Source: Octopus vulgaris (taxonomy: Eukaryota). From it: a stretch of 64,000 nucleotides of DNA. The translations under genes were made by a program, and so were the position numbers. The first letter of the stretch is position 1; the number at the start of each line of letters is the position of its first letter. The notes beneath the pieces are model-generated. The model saw only the letters and a list, made by a program, of their open reading frames with translations, made no database searches and was not told where the DNA came from. Location: NCBI GenBank assembly GCA_951406725.2, contig OX597828.1, forward strand, positions 44,578,001 to 44,642,000. The letters run 5' to 3'. This document shows positions 1 to 12,350 of this stretch, piece by piece.

Positions 1-13
1 GAAGTCCGTCATA

Positions 14-58
<45 letters not shown>

Positions 59-262
59 TTGTGTTTCTGTGTTTGTCCCCCTAGCATTGCTTGACAACCG
101 ATGCTGGTGTGTTCATGTCCCCGTCACTGAATGGTTTGGCAAAAAGAGACCGATAGAATAAGTACTGGGCTTACAAAGAATAAGTCCCGGGATCGAGTTG
201 CTCCATTAAAGGTGGTGCTCCAGCATGGCCGCAGTCAAATGACTGAAACAAGTAAAAGAGAG
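1..262 (+). mobile_element. SINE family A (tRNA head, CORE-like ACCTTGGGCAAGT), 3' half
   Basis: Same sequence as fuller copies at about 19685-20065, 45726-46165, 59494-59905 (+) and 41705-42125, 59960-60645 (-); GTAAAAGA tail. Confidence 0.85.
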
Positions 263-776
263 AGAGAGTTGGCAAAATCATTACTATGCAAGACAAGATG
301 CTTAGTGACATTTCGTGTTTTTATGTTCTGGGTTCAAATCCCACTGGGACTGGCTTTGCCTTTGATCTTTATGAGTTTGATAAATAAGTACCATTTGAGC
401 ACTGGGGTTGATTTAGTTGACTTGACCCCATCCTCCAAAACTGCTGGCCTTGTGCCGAACTTTGAAGTCATTACTGTTATCATCATCATCATCATTGGAA
501 CAAGGTGGTTATTTGGTAGTTTCCGTAAAGCAATCAACAATCTGCTGTTTAGTTATGTATCTTCAGGTTTTGAGTTCAAACACAGCAAGTGTCGACTTTG
601 ATCTTCATTCTTTCAGGGCCAATACTAGAGTCAAAATTTAATGAACTAACCATCCCACCACTGTCTACCTAAGAATATTTCTCACCTTTTGCCTTTGTTG
701 AAGCATTTTTTAAAATGAAAAACATGTAAAGGTCTATGCTTTCCTTATTGTTGTCTCTCTCTCTCTGCCTTGTCAG

Positions 777-873
777 GCTATCGTACGATCTATTGTTGAA
801 GTGTTGGTAACAGAAGAGAGAGAACTTGGCTTGCAACAGCCTGCTGGTATTGGACAAAGACCCATTTCAATGG
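777..873 (+). CDS. YTHDC2: YTHDC2 internal coding exon (gene starts upstream of window)
   Basis: Polypyrimidine-tcag acceptor, G|gtaagt donor. Reads AIVRSIVEVLVTEERELGLQQPAGIGQRPISM, matching the recalled YTHDC2 motif EEQSAGLQQPSGIGQRPRPM. Confidence 0.93.
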
Positions 874-1614
874 GTAAGTATTGCTTCGTCTAAAACATAC
901 TGAAGGACGATACCCCAGTTATTGTCACAGTTCAATGATGGAAATAAGTACAAAAAGAAAATTACAAAACAAAAAAAAGTACACTGATCAATGGAACAGC
1001 CTACTTGGGAAATTAACATGAAAGTGGCCGAGCACTCCTCAGACATGTGTACCATTAATATAAGTTCTCAGGGAGATTCAGTGTGACACAGAATGCAACA
1101 AGGCTGGCCCTTTGAAATACAGGTTCTGGAAAATACAATATAGTTGTTATAATGATGGTGATAGATCAGTATTTTTAAAATTTTTTTATATCAAATTGCA
1201 TCTAGATTAAAAATGGTGATTAATGTCTTTGACTATTAACCTCAAATTTGTTAGCAATATTTATGTTTATACTGTCTTCAAATATCATCAAATGATTTAT
1301 CCCTGGATGTATACTTATTACCAGATTGGATTTGATCTTGGTTTCGAAATGAACTTCCTTCATTTGAACCTAGTCTGTTATCATGTATGAAGATGAGCTG
1401 AGATCAAACTGATCAGACCATAGTGCAGATGTAAATACTAAAGAAACCCTTTCATTTTTTTTTCTTTTATTTTTCATCTCTGAAAAATGAGGTTAATTAA
1501 TAATTTGAATAATTGTAGTCTTAATTAATGATTGGTCTCAGACATTTAAACATTTCGAGCCAATAATGCTTTGTAACCATTCCTTGAAATATTCTCTTTA
1601 TTTGCATTCTTCAG

Positions 1615-1746
1615 CTGCGGAATCAATTCTCTCTAGTGTTGGTAACCAAAGTTGTATTGATTCTGAAGACCCGAATGACGACCGGTCGCGGATGGCAAAG
1701 CGAAGTTCAGCACTAAGTGCATCTTCCAAAAAGAAAGATTCCACAA
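1615..1746 (+). CDS. YTHDC2: YTHDC2 exon, Ser/Lys-rich linker
   Basis: ttcttcag acceptor, A|gtaatt donor. 132 nt, phase 1 to phase 1, keeps frame between both neighbours (AAESILSSVG...SSKKKDST). Confidence 0.75.
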
Positions 1747-2289
1747 GTAATTGCAATTGTTCTAATTGTTGTTGCTGCTGCTGTTGTTGCTGTTTGTTTT
1801 GTTGCTGCTATTTCATTATGTCTTTCTTTGGTTCTTGCTTACATTTTGGAACTAATTACAATTAGTGATCTTCAAACTTCAGACTCACAACCCACATTCC
1901 ATTTTGGAGTAACATATCTAAAATTCCTTAAAGCCTTCTAATACATGATAATCTCTAACACATGATAATCTCTGCTGTTACTTCCCTGTGTGTGTGTGTG
2001 TTTGTGAGAGAGATCCTAGTAAAATAATACTGTTTCTATGAAACCCTTATCATGTAATTGCCTGGCCCTAACACCTGTTCCCTCTCCCTGTGCAAATGTG
2101 TATGTATTGCAGAAACCAACAAGCTGCAGGTGTGACTTTGAGGTAAGAAGCCTGCATCCCAACTTCAGGGTTCTTGGTTCAGTCCCACTGCATGGCACCT
2201 AGGGCAAGTGTCTTCAACTATAGCCTCAGGTTGGCCAAAGCTTTGTGAGTGGATTTGGTAGATGGAAACTGAAAGAAGCCCATTATGTA

Positions 2290-2324
<35 letters not shown>

Positions 2325-3251
2325 AATCCTGGTTAAATACTACTGTTTCTGTGATACCCACATCATATAACTGACTGGCCCTAACCACTGTTATCCCTCC
2401 ATTTGCAAATGTGTATGCATTGCAGAAACAAACTCACGTGCAGGTGTGGCTGTGTGATAAGAAGCTTGCTTCCCAACCACAAGGTTTCAGGTTCAGTCTC
2501 ACTGCATAGCACCGTGGGGCAAGTGTCTTCTATTAAAGCCTCAGGCCGACCAAAGCCTTGTGAGTGGATTTGATAGATGGAAACTGAAAGAAGCCCTTCG
2601 TATATATGTATGTATGTGTGTGTGTGTGTGTCTGTCTGTGTCCCACCCCACACCCTACTGTTTGTGAACCAAAGTTGGTGTGTTTACGTCCCAGTAATGT
2701 AATGGTTCTGCAAAAGGGACTCGACAGAATAAATACTACGCTTAAAAAAAAAAATAATACCACGGTTGATATATTTGACTAAAATGTTTTCAAGGTGGTG
2801 CTCCAGCATGACCAAACTCTAATAATTGAAACAGTTAAAAGGTAAAAGATGAAGTTGAGTTGATACAGTAATCGGGCAGCAAACTCACAGGTCCCAGTTT
2901 CAAATCCTTGCCTATATAATTTTTAGACCAGCATTATAGGGTAGATGTGATAGGCTGGATCTGACCAGTTTGAGCATAAAATGGAGAATATTTTGGCTGG
3001 ATATGGCTGGTTTAATTGCTAAAGAATTAAATTAAAACCTTCCATTAAGATTTCATAAGAAATTCTAAACAGTGGTTTGACCCTTTAGCATTTAAACTGA
3101 ACATATCTGGCCAAAATATTCCACCTGTTTTATGTTCAAACTGGCCAGATCTAGCCTTTACCATCTACCTTATAATGTCATTCTAAAGGATTAACAGTTG
3201 CCTCATCAAAATCTCAAAGCTATGAAATAATGTATGATTTATTCGAAACAA

Positions 3252-3705
3252 TCATCATCATCATCGTTTAACGTCCATTTTCCGCGCTAGTACGGGTTGG
3301 ACGGTTCGACCGGGGTCTGGGAAGCCAGGGGCTGCACCAGGCTCCAGTCTGATCTGGCAGTGTTTCTACAGCTGGATGCCCTTCCTAACACCAACCATTC
3401 CGCGAGTGTAGTGGGTGCTTTTTACGTGCCACCTGCACAGGTGCCAGGGGGGTCTGGCATCGGCCACGATCGGTTGGTGCTTTTAACGTGCCACCGGCAT
3501 GGAAGCCAGCCAAGGCGGCGCTGGCATCGGCCACGTTCGGATGGTGCTTTTTATGTGCCACCGGGACAGAAGCCAGTCGAGGCGGCGCTGGCATCGGCCA
3601 TGTTCGGATGGTGCTTTTTGTGTGCCACCGGCACAGAAGCCAGTCGAGGCGGCGCTGGCAACGGCCACGTTCGGATGGTGCTTTTTATGTGCCACCGGCA
3701 CAGGT
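3252..3705 (-). mobile_element. SINE family B with (GAT)n tail and internal 67-bp tandem repeats
   Basis: Body recurs near 10190-10505, 12110-12270, 32280-32440, 33370-33540, 35285-35540, 63170-63380. GGTGCTTTT motif at 3476, 3543, 3610, 3677. Confidence 0.8.
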
Positions 3706-4657
3706 ATCACAACTACTATTTCCATTGATATTTGTTTCGATGTTCATAAATAAGCGTTACATTTGTCAGAGTGAGCTGAATGCTCAAGGGTTGATAATGG
3801 CAGAGTTATTTTGCTAAATTCTTTCTTTTCAAAATTAAACAAAAGCAGTGTATTTCAACAAAAATGTAATAACAAAAGTATTAAATCAGAGGCTTATTAA
3901 GTGAAGGAGGCGGGGAACAACCCTTAAATAAAAGTTGTCCATGCCAGGGCTATTTCTTTTGTGATGCCTCTAGCATGTTCCACTTGAATCTGTAATTGTT
4001 TGGTTGATCCATGAAACTGAGTTCTCAAACACTTAGCGTTTATATTTCCTAATCCTGTAAGGTAATTAAGGGAAATTAAGCTCTTTAAAACTAACTTTAA
4101 TATCATACTGGTGATATCCTTTGCTCATTTCACTTAACTATAATATATTATTTTTTTATATAGTGATCCAGGATTTGAACTCTTATCCTCTAGCTAAGCT
4201 GCTACAATTATCACTTAATCATTGCTTATATTCACTAGCCCATTGTCCTCCAAGATAATTAGTGCATGAAAATTAAGAGCTTTAAATCTAATTTCCTTAT
4301 TTTGTCAAAGAAACATTAAAGAAATTTATAAGATTTGCTTATTTCTTAGTATATGAGAAATATAAATTTCATCAATGTCGCCTGTAAATAGTAATTAGTT
4401 TGTTAATGGGTTCATTGCAAGAAACATTAAATAGTAAAATTTATCAAGTAGAAATAATTATAGTAGTGATAGGTAAAAAACAACATACATATATATCTAA
4501 TTAGATGGTAAAATGTTTTGGTTTTTTCATTTCGTTCCTGTCGAATTTTATCCCTAATTTTGTGGTTATAGAACCTAGCTGTTCTTTCTAGCATGTTGAA
4601 TCCCATGAGTGGATACCTTATTTGTTTAAATGTACACTGTATTTTATATATATATAA

Positions 4658-4960
4658 GTGGAGGCGCAATGGCCTAGTGGTTAGGGCAGCGGACTCGCGG
4701 TCGCAGGATTGCGGTTTCGATTCCCAGACCGGGCGTTGTGAGTGTTTATTGAGCAAAAACACCTAAAAAGCTCCACGAGGCTCCGGCAGGGGGTGGTGAT
4801 CCCTGCTGTACTCTTTCACCACTCTTTCTCCCACTCTTTCTTCTGTTGGCCTGCTCGCTTAGCCAGCAGGGTGGCGTCATTCGAAGGCTAAAACAATGCG
4901 AATGCATTGTGACCAGCGATGTGTAACAACATCTGATGGTCTGGTCGGTCACGTGAACGT
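4658..4960 (+). mobile_element. SINE family C (tRNA-derived head GTGGAGGCGCAATGGCC)
   Basis: A/B-box-like head; related copies at 9409-9800, 42280-42670 (+) and about 18950-19183, 50100-50408 (-). Confidence 0.85.
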
Positions 4961-5389
4961 GAATAACAAAGAATATAGTAAAATAACTTAGTTATCATTC
5001 AGCTAGTGTTAGGGACATAAATTGTGACTAAGGTTTAGTGGGAGATTTTAATTAAAAACTTATGCAAACAAGACATTTGTACTCAGAGCCAGGGCCGGTT
5101 TCAGCCAGGTTGGTAACGAAAGGGTTAAACAACCCTTATTCAGGGACCTTTTGAGTGGGATGGGTCACTCGACCTGATGAAAATTCTAACTGGGCCCCAC
5201 CTGCAAGGTCATGCTCTGTTTATCTTGATATGAGATCACCATGTTGTGAACATATGGTTGTGATGCATGTACCTGGTGTACCCTTATCAGACGGGTAGTC
5301 ATGATGGGTATACTGAGCTTTGTATATTTTACCCCATTGTCACTTTGATGGCATGCACTGCTCTCTCACTCAATGATAATAATAATAAA

Positions 5390-5461
5390 GCGTCGGTGGT
5401 GTAACGGTTAGCATGGTTGCCTTTCAAGCAGTTGATCCGGGTTTGACTCCTGGCTGACGCA
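5390..5461 (+). pseudogene. tRNA-Gly(TCC)-derived pseudogene or SINE head, anticodon now TTC
   Basis: 72 nt cloverleaf very similar to metazoan tRNA-Gly-TCC. Acceptor stem GCGTCGG/CTGACGC, loop CTTTCAA, T-loop altered to TTTGA, T6 terminator just downstream. Confidence 0.8.
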
Positions 5462-5600
5462 GGCGATAGCTTTTTTCAGCGGTGGTGCCCCAGCATGGCC
5501 ACGGCCTTCAGGCTAAAACATTTTTAAGGATTTAAGGAATAATAATAATAATGAATATTTTGTAATAACAAGGAATGTTTTTTTTTCTTTTTCCTCCCAG

Positions 5601-5896
5601 AATACCGTTGTGATAACAAAACAGGCAACAACAGCAACCTGTCCCACTTCAACAGTAACCTGGGTTTGAGTGGCAACATCAACTATCAAGGTAGTCGACC
5701 GAACACCCCAGGTGACACATCACAGCCTTCGTCCCCAACCAAGCGATCGGAAAAAGACCCCGGGGCCACGTCTTCACATCCTTGTCGGATGTTTCTTATG
5801 AAGTGCAACAACCAGCGCAACTTGGACACCTCATTTAGCAAGTCCATCTGGACTACGTCCCCGAATAACGAGAAGAAACTCAACAAGGCTTTCCAG
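5601..5896 (+). CDS. YTHDC2: YTHDC2 exon, linker plus start of YTH domain
   Basis: ttcctcccag acceptor, CAG|gtaagg donor. PCRMFLMKCNNQRNLDTSFSKSIWTTSPNNEKKLNKAFQ aligns to YTH RYFIMKSSN...GIWSTTPSNERKLNRAF. Confidence 0.95.
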
Positions 5897-6779
5897 GTAA
5901 GGGGTTTCTGGGGGTTTCTGTTTTTTTTGTTTTTTTTTCAAATTTCTTCTCTTTTCTTGGTTTTAAGTTTCCCGTTGCCTCTTGCTATCAGCTTCATACT
6001 GTCATCGTCATCACCATCATTATCATCGTCATCGTTGTCATTGCCATCATCATCTAATTTCTTCTCTTCTGGCAGAACCGTTAGTACGCCGGGCGAAATG
6101 TGTAGCCCTAACGTTCTGAGTTCAAATTCCGCCGAGGTCGACTTTGCCTTTCATCCTTTCGGGGTTGATAAATTAAGTACCAGTTACGCATTGGGGTCGA
6201 TGTAATCGACTTAATTCGTTTGTCCTTGTTTGTCCCCTCTGTGTTTAGCCCCTTGTGGATAATCAAGAAACATAATTTCTTCTCTTCTGTTTTGTTGGGA
6301 GGTCTGAGATAATGCATGATTAATGCAAAGCAGTGTGAGTGAATAAGCATTACATTTGACAGAGTAATTTGAATGCTAAAGGATTAATTCAGCTGTTATT
6401 GGAGAGCTGCAAATCATCATCATTATCATCAGTGTAGGCTTTCTGTGCTGGCATGGGTTGGATGGTTTGACAGGATCCAAAAAGCTGATTGCATTATGCT
6501 CTGTGTCAGCTTTGGCATGGATTCTATGGCTGGATGCTGTTCTTAACTCCAACCATTTTACAGTGTGTACTGGGCACATTTTTCATGCCATTGGCACTAG
6601 TGAGGTCATCCAAGTAACTTCTAAGACGAAAAGAAAAAAAAAACCTCCTTGATTGAATGTAAGTGTATCTGAGGGAGGAGTTGGTAACTTTCTGTGGTGT
6701 CTGGTCTTGAGAGGATAAAGCATGATAAAGAGACCAGCTCAGGTGCCTGGGTATAGGGAAGATACTCAGCTACATTGCA

Positions 6780-7160
6780 TTTTGTAAGGGTGGATTAGGG
6801 GTAGCTGGAAAGAACATGAAGATGGTTGCAAGGAGATGCCAGAACATACCCTTACTTGGCATCATGTAAGGGTAGATGGGGGTAGCTGGAAAGAACATGA
6901 AGATGGTAGCAAGGAGATGTCAGAACATACCCTCACTTGGCATCATGTAAGGGTAGATGAGAGTAGCTAGAAAGAACATGAAGATGGTAGCAAGGGGATG
7001 CTAGAACATACCCTCACTTGGCATCATGTAAGGGTAGATGGGGTTAGCTGGAAAAAAGATGAAACTGGTTGCAAGGTAATGCCAAAACATACCATCATTT
7101 GGCATCATGTAAGAGTGGATGTGGGTAGCTGGAAAGAACATGAAGATGGTAGCAAAGAGG
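6780..7160. repeat. 81-bp minisatellite, about 4.7 copies, intronic
   Basis: GTAGCTGGAAAGAACATGAAGATGG variants start at 6801, 6882, 6963, 7044, 7125. Confidence 0.9.
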
Positions 7161-7286
7161 TACCACAGTACAAGAAGGTGAGTATGAGAGAGACTACAGA
7201 TATTGGATCAGGGGTGAGGGAAAGAGGGAGTGGTTAATTTCCTAAAAATTGTGAGTGCCATCTTACAATGGTAATTTTGATTTCAG

Positions 7287-7438
7287 GATGGCAAAACGGT
7301 CTACTTGATATTCTCAATCCAAGGAAGTGGCTGTTTCCAAGGTTATGCTAAAATGTTATCTACATTTAGCAAAGATCGAAGTGCGGAGTATTCTATGCCA
7401 GGCCTAGGTGCTACCTGCACGGTTGATTGGTTGAAAAG
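7287..7438 (+). CDS. YTHDC2: YTHDC2 exon, YTH domain core
   Basis: tttcag acceptor, AG|gtaaga donor. DGKTVYLIFSIQGSGCFQGYAKMLSTFSKDRSAEYSMPGLGATCTVDWLK carries the VYLxFSxQGSGxFQG hallmark. Confidence 0.96.
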
Positions 7439-8879
7439 GTAAGACGCAACTGTTATTTTCATTCATCTGTTTTACATCCTTTTTTTTTTCCATGTTAACA
7501 AGGTTAGATGACTATGTCACCAAGGGAAATTTTTTTCCTTAACAGCGAGATGATGCCCTTCCTCGGGCCAAGTTTTACCTGTTTTTTCAAGTAAGGGGTC
7601 TCTTATTCCACAAATCTCTGAAGGCACAAAGCAAGAGGGTAGTTTATTGACAAGAGAAATGCCAACAAGAACATTTGCATGAGCGATGTGTCTTTTGATT
7701 ATAATGACACATGTATCTGTATACACACACTTATGTGTGTGTGTATATGTATATATTTGTACATATATGTGTTTGTATATATATATTTGAATATAGACAG
7801 CTATGTGCAATATAAAACCATAAAGAAAACGTTTAATCATCACTAATTGTGACTGAAGGGGCTGAATAGCACCTGTATTGCTAGAAATAAGAGTTAAAAC
7901 CCTTAAAGCTGCTTAAGTGCATATATATGGACACACTGACAGGGGAGATAACCACCCATGAGCAAAGCTGGAAAACCACTGAACTAAACTAGTTTCACCT
8001 GTTAATTACAGACTCATCAGCTCTGTCTATCCTCATTGCTACTGATACACACACACACACTGGATGTCTTTCTCAGTTTCCTTCTTCTTAGTCCACTCAC
8101 AAAGTTTCATTAGATTTGGCTTATAGTAGAAAGCACTTGCTCAAGATGCCACACAGTGGGACTGAACCTGAAACCATGTAATTGGGAAACAGACATCTTA
8201 CCACACACCCACACCTGTGTCTGGAACTGAGTAATTGATTTTACAAACTGGTGTGGTTCTGGTGTGAGTTGTTAGCTTGTATGAAAGATGGAGTTCAACT
8301 GAGCTGAGAGAACAGCTAGGTATTAGAGACATCAGTCAAAGGCTGAAAGAAGATGTCTGCACTTGAATGGCTTTGAATAGACAATGAGTAGGGGAGGAAT
8401 GGTAGTGCCTGGTCTGCACTAATGGTGGAAAGTAGATATGGCAAAGAAAGACATGAGCAGTAGTAGAAAGGTTAGAGCACAAGACACTGAACTTCACATG
8501 CCAAAACAGACCCTGAAGCCTGGTACAGTCTTCTGCCTAGCCAGCTCCTATCAAACCGTCCAACCCATGCCAGCATGGAAAGCAGGTGTTAAATGATGAT
8601 GATGACAAAATACTGAAACAAGTGACAGTCCACTGCACAGCAAGTCCATCCAGCCTACATCAGCAAAGTAAGGGTGGGGAAATGGATATTAAAGCATAGG
8701 TGCTGAACATTCTTATGTTTTCTTCTCTTTTGATGTTGGAAACCTTTTGTATGTTATGGTTGGGGTTCAGTCCTTCTTAAAAGACTACAGCTAGGCCATA
8801 CCTAATATACAATAAATATTAATATAATGATTGTTTGTTTCTGTAATGAGTTTTATTCTTTATATATATATAATTTCAG

Positions 8880-8964
8880 GGGAAACATTCCCTTCCACAA
8901 TGTCCAGCATCTTTCAAACCCTTGGAACGACAACAAGAGGATACAAGTGAGCCGTGATTGTCAG
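8880..8964 (+). CDS. YTHDC2: YTHDC2 exon, YTH domain
   Basis: tttcag acceptor, CAG|gttagt donor. (R)GNIPFHNVQHLSNPWNDNKRIQVSRDCQ matches NPWNDNKKVQISRDGQ. Confidence 0.96.
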
Positions 8965-9011
8965 GTTAGTATTAACAGCAGTCATGGTTGTAGTGTAGCG
9001 GTTGTGTTAGT

Positions 9012-9241
9012 GGCGGCGAGCTAGCAGAATCGTTAGCACGTCGGGCGAAATGCTTTGCGGTATTTCGGCTGCCGTTACGTTGTGAGTTCAAATTCCGCCG
9101 AGGTCGACTTTGCCTTTCATCCTTTCGGGGTCGATAAATTAAGTACCAGTTACGCACTGGGTCGATGTAATCGACTTAATCCGTTTGTCTGTCCTTGCTT
9201 GTCCCCTCTGTGTTTAGCCCCTTGTGGGTAGTAAAGAAATA
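9012..9241 (+). mobile_element. SINE family D (Nin/Deu-like central domain) with target-site duplication
   Basis: GCCTTTCATCCTTTCGGGGTCGATAAA domain; GGTTGTGTTAG on both sides; inserted about 45 nt after a YTHDC2 donor. Confidence 0.85.
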
Positions 9242-9408
9242 GGTTGTGTTAGTGGTAGTGGTTCCTGTTGGTCTCACAGTTGAGAAATTGTTGCTATCAT
9301 ACACTAAGGTTAAAGATTTCGTACAAACTTGGCAAAAATTATTATATTATAAGAGTTTTTAACAGTATGAAAGCAATTCTGATTCTGTGAGTGTGTATTC
9401 TTGTATGA

Positions 9409-9800
9409 GTGGAGGCGCAATGGCCCAGTGGTTAGGGCAGCAGACTCGCGGTCGTAGGATCGCAGTTTCGATTCTCAGAACGGGCGTTGTGAGTGTTTAT
9501 TGAGCGAAAACACCTAAAGCTCCACGAGGCTCCGGCAGGGGATGGTGGTGATCCCTGCTGTACTCTTTCACCACAACTTTCTCTCACTCTTACTTCCTGT
9601 TTCTGTTGTACCTGTATTTCAAAGGGCCGGCCTTGTCACTCTCTGTGTCACGCCGAATATCCCCGAGAACTGCGTTAAGGGTACACGTGTCTGTGGAGTG
9701 CTCAGCCACTTACACGTTAATTTCACGAGCAGGCTGTTCCGTTGATCGGATCAACCGGAACCCTCATCGTCGTAACCGATGGAGTGCTTCCATCCATCCA
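9409..9800 (+). mobile_element. SINE family C, full length, second tail type
   Basis: Near-identical to 42280-42670. TSD ATTCTTGTATGA here, ATCCACCTTAAG there. Confidence 0.88.
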
Positions 9801-10148
9801 TTCTTGTATGAATGAACAAACAGGCGCATAAACTAGAATGAGATTATACACAGAAACAGAAACTTAATCCCGGCTACTAAAGACATGTGTTCACATAAGT
9901 GCATTCTTTCAATCACTAGTTTTTGTAGAGTTTTACTCTTTTACTTGTTTCAGTCATTTGACTGCGGCCATGCTAGAGCACCGCCTTTAGTCAAGCAAAT
10001 CAACCCCGGGACTTATTCTTTGTAAGCCCAGTACTTATTCTATCGGTCTGTTTTGCCGAACCGCTAAGTGACGGGGACATAAACACACCAGCATCGGTTG
10101 TCAAGCAATGCTAGGGGGACAAACACAGACACACAAACACACACACAC

Positions 10149-10196
<48 letters not shown>

Positions 10197-10984
10197 CGTA
10201 AAAAGCACCATCCGAATCGTGGCCGAAGCCAGTGCCGTCTCGACTGGCTTCCGTGCAGGTTGCACGTAAAATGCACCAATCCGACCGTGGCCGATGCCAG
10301 CCTCGCCTGGCACCAGTGCAGGTGGCACGTAAAAAGCACCCACTACACTCTCGGAGTGGTTGGCGTTAGGAAGGGCATCCAGCTGTAGAAACATTGCCAG
10401 ATAAGACCGGAGCCTGGTGCAGCCTTCTGGCTTCCCAGATCCCCGGTCGAACCGTCCAACCCATGCTAGCATGGAGAACAGACGTTAAACGATGATAATG
10501 ATGATATATGACAGGATTCTTTTAGTTTCCGTCTACCAAATCCACTGACAAGGCATTGGTCGGCCCGTTTGTTAATAGAAATTCATCGAGGAAAATGGAA
10601 TTGTCTTGCAAAGAAGGAAAGAAAGCATAAATTGGTCTACTTCAGCCCTGTTTACTTAATATTCATTTCAAATTTTGGCACAAGGCCAGCAGTTACAGGG
10701 GAGGGGTTATGTTGATTACATTAACCTCAGTGCTCAAATGGTGCTTATTTTAGTGACCCTGAAAGGACGAAGGGCAAAGTCAACCTTGGCAGAGTTTTAA
10801 TTCACAACATGAAGACGGATGAAACGCTGCTAAGCGTTTTGCCCACTACGCTAATGATTCTGTTTATTTTATTTGAATTGCTCACTGAGACCTTTGGCAA
10901 TGTGCTCTGCTTAAGAGGACCCCTCAAGCCAAGTGCATCTGTTCAGGTGACTTGTAAAAAAAATTTTTTAAAATCAATCTTTGA

Positions 10985-11335
10985 ACATTGGGCCTCACAG
11001 AGGCAAAGTGGCTGAGTACCTTTTGAGTGTTGGGCCTCATTGAGGCAAGCGGCTGAGTTTCTTTCAAGCATTGGGTCTCACAGAGGCAAAGTGGCTGAGT
11101 ACCTTTCAAGAGTTGGACTTCACAGAGGTGAGGTGGCTGAGTTCCCTTAGAGCGTTGGGCCTCATGGAAGCAAAGTGGCCAAGTGCCTGAGCCGCATGGA
11201 GGAAGTGTGGTCGAGTTCTTTTCTAGTGTTGGGCCTCATGGATGTGAGGTGACTGAGTTCATTTCGAATGGAGGCGAGGTGGCTGAATTCCTTCCGAGCA
11301 TTGGGCCTCGGGCCTCGTGGAGGCAATGACCAAGA
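10985..11335. repeat. Degenerate 41-42-bp tandem repeat, about 8 copies
   Basis: TTGGGCCTCA...GAGGCAAAGTGGCTGAGT recurs with about 41-bp period. Confidence 0.8.
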
Positions 11336-11749
11336 CCTTTGGCATTAGGGCCATGCTTGGAAACTACCTTCAACTTTTTTCTATCCAAATTTTTTTTTTT
11401 ACCCTTTAGCCTTCCCATTCTGTCAAATGCAATGCTTTATTTCTTCTTATTTCTTCACATTATTTTGAATTAATCATGCATTATCTTGGAGCTTCAGGAT
11501 TTCAATGAGGTGATTGTTTGTTTTTAGAATGACATTGTAGGGTTGGTGTGAAAGGTTAGATCTGATCAGTTTGATCATAAAACAGAATATTTGGGCCACG
11601 TGTGGCCAGTTTAAATGCTGGAAGTGTTCTGACATTTCTAATAATATTTTATTTGTTTGCCAATAAACTCAGCTGAGTTATCCTTATTTTCCTTCTGAAT
11701 TTTTCAAATTGTAAAGGTAATTGGACACCATATATATGTATATATATAT

Positions 11750-11784
<35 letters not shown>

Positions 11785-12350
11785 TATTGTTTAACATCCA
11801 CCTTCCATGCTATATATATATATATGTACTTCCTCTTCAGCAAGACACCTATATCTGTCTTACTATAACCTTTTCATCATCACCTCCTCCCCTCTTAAAA
11901 GCTTTCGTCTTGCATGTACATGGTGACCCTGCTAGTGCAGGTGCCACTTAAAAGCACCCAGTCCTCAGTGTAAAGTGGTTGGTTTTCAGAAGGGCATCCA
12001 GCTGTAAAAACCTTGCCAAAACTGACCTCCCCTGTGCTTGTGCCACATAAAAGGCACTACTCACCTCGCCTGTGCTTGTGCCACGTAAAATGCACTAAGT
12101 CCACTCTGCTGAGTGGTTGGTGTTAGGAAGGGCATCTAGCTGTAAAAATCCTGCCAAAACAGTCACAGAAGTCTGGTGCAGCCTTCAGCCTGGCCGGCTC
12201 TTGTGGTACCATCCCACCCATGCTAGCATCGAACACAGACATTAAATGATGATGATGATGATGATGATCACACACACACACACATGTCATGAACAAATGC
12301 ATAAACTTTAATTCTCTCATTCTTTTTTTCTTTTTTTTTTTTTCCAACAG

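Noticed and set aside
3410-3705. Short regularly spaced repeats resembling CRISPR
   Set aside because: Whole 67-bp units repeat inside a SINE; no variable spacers.
5897-6205. Extension of ORF 5666-6205 beyond the YTH segment
   Set aside because: Runs through a GT donor into intron and SINE; the YTH domain resumes at 7287.
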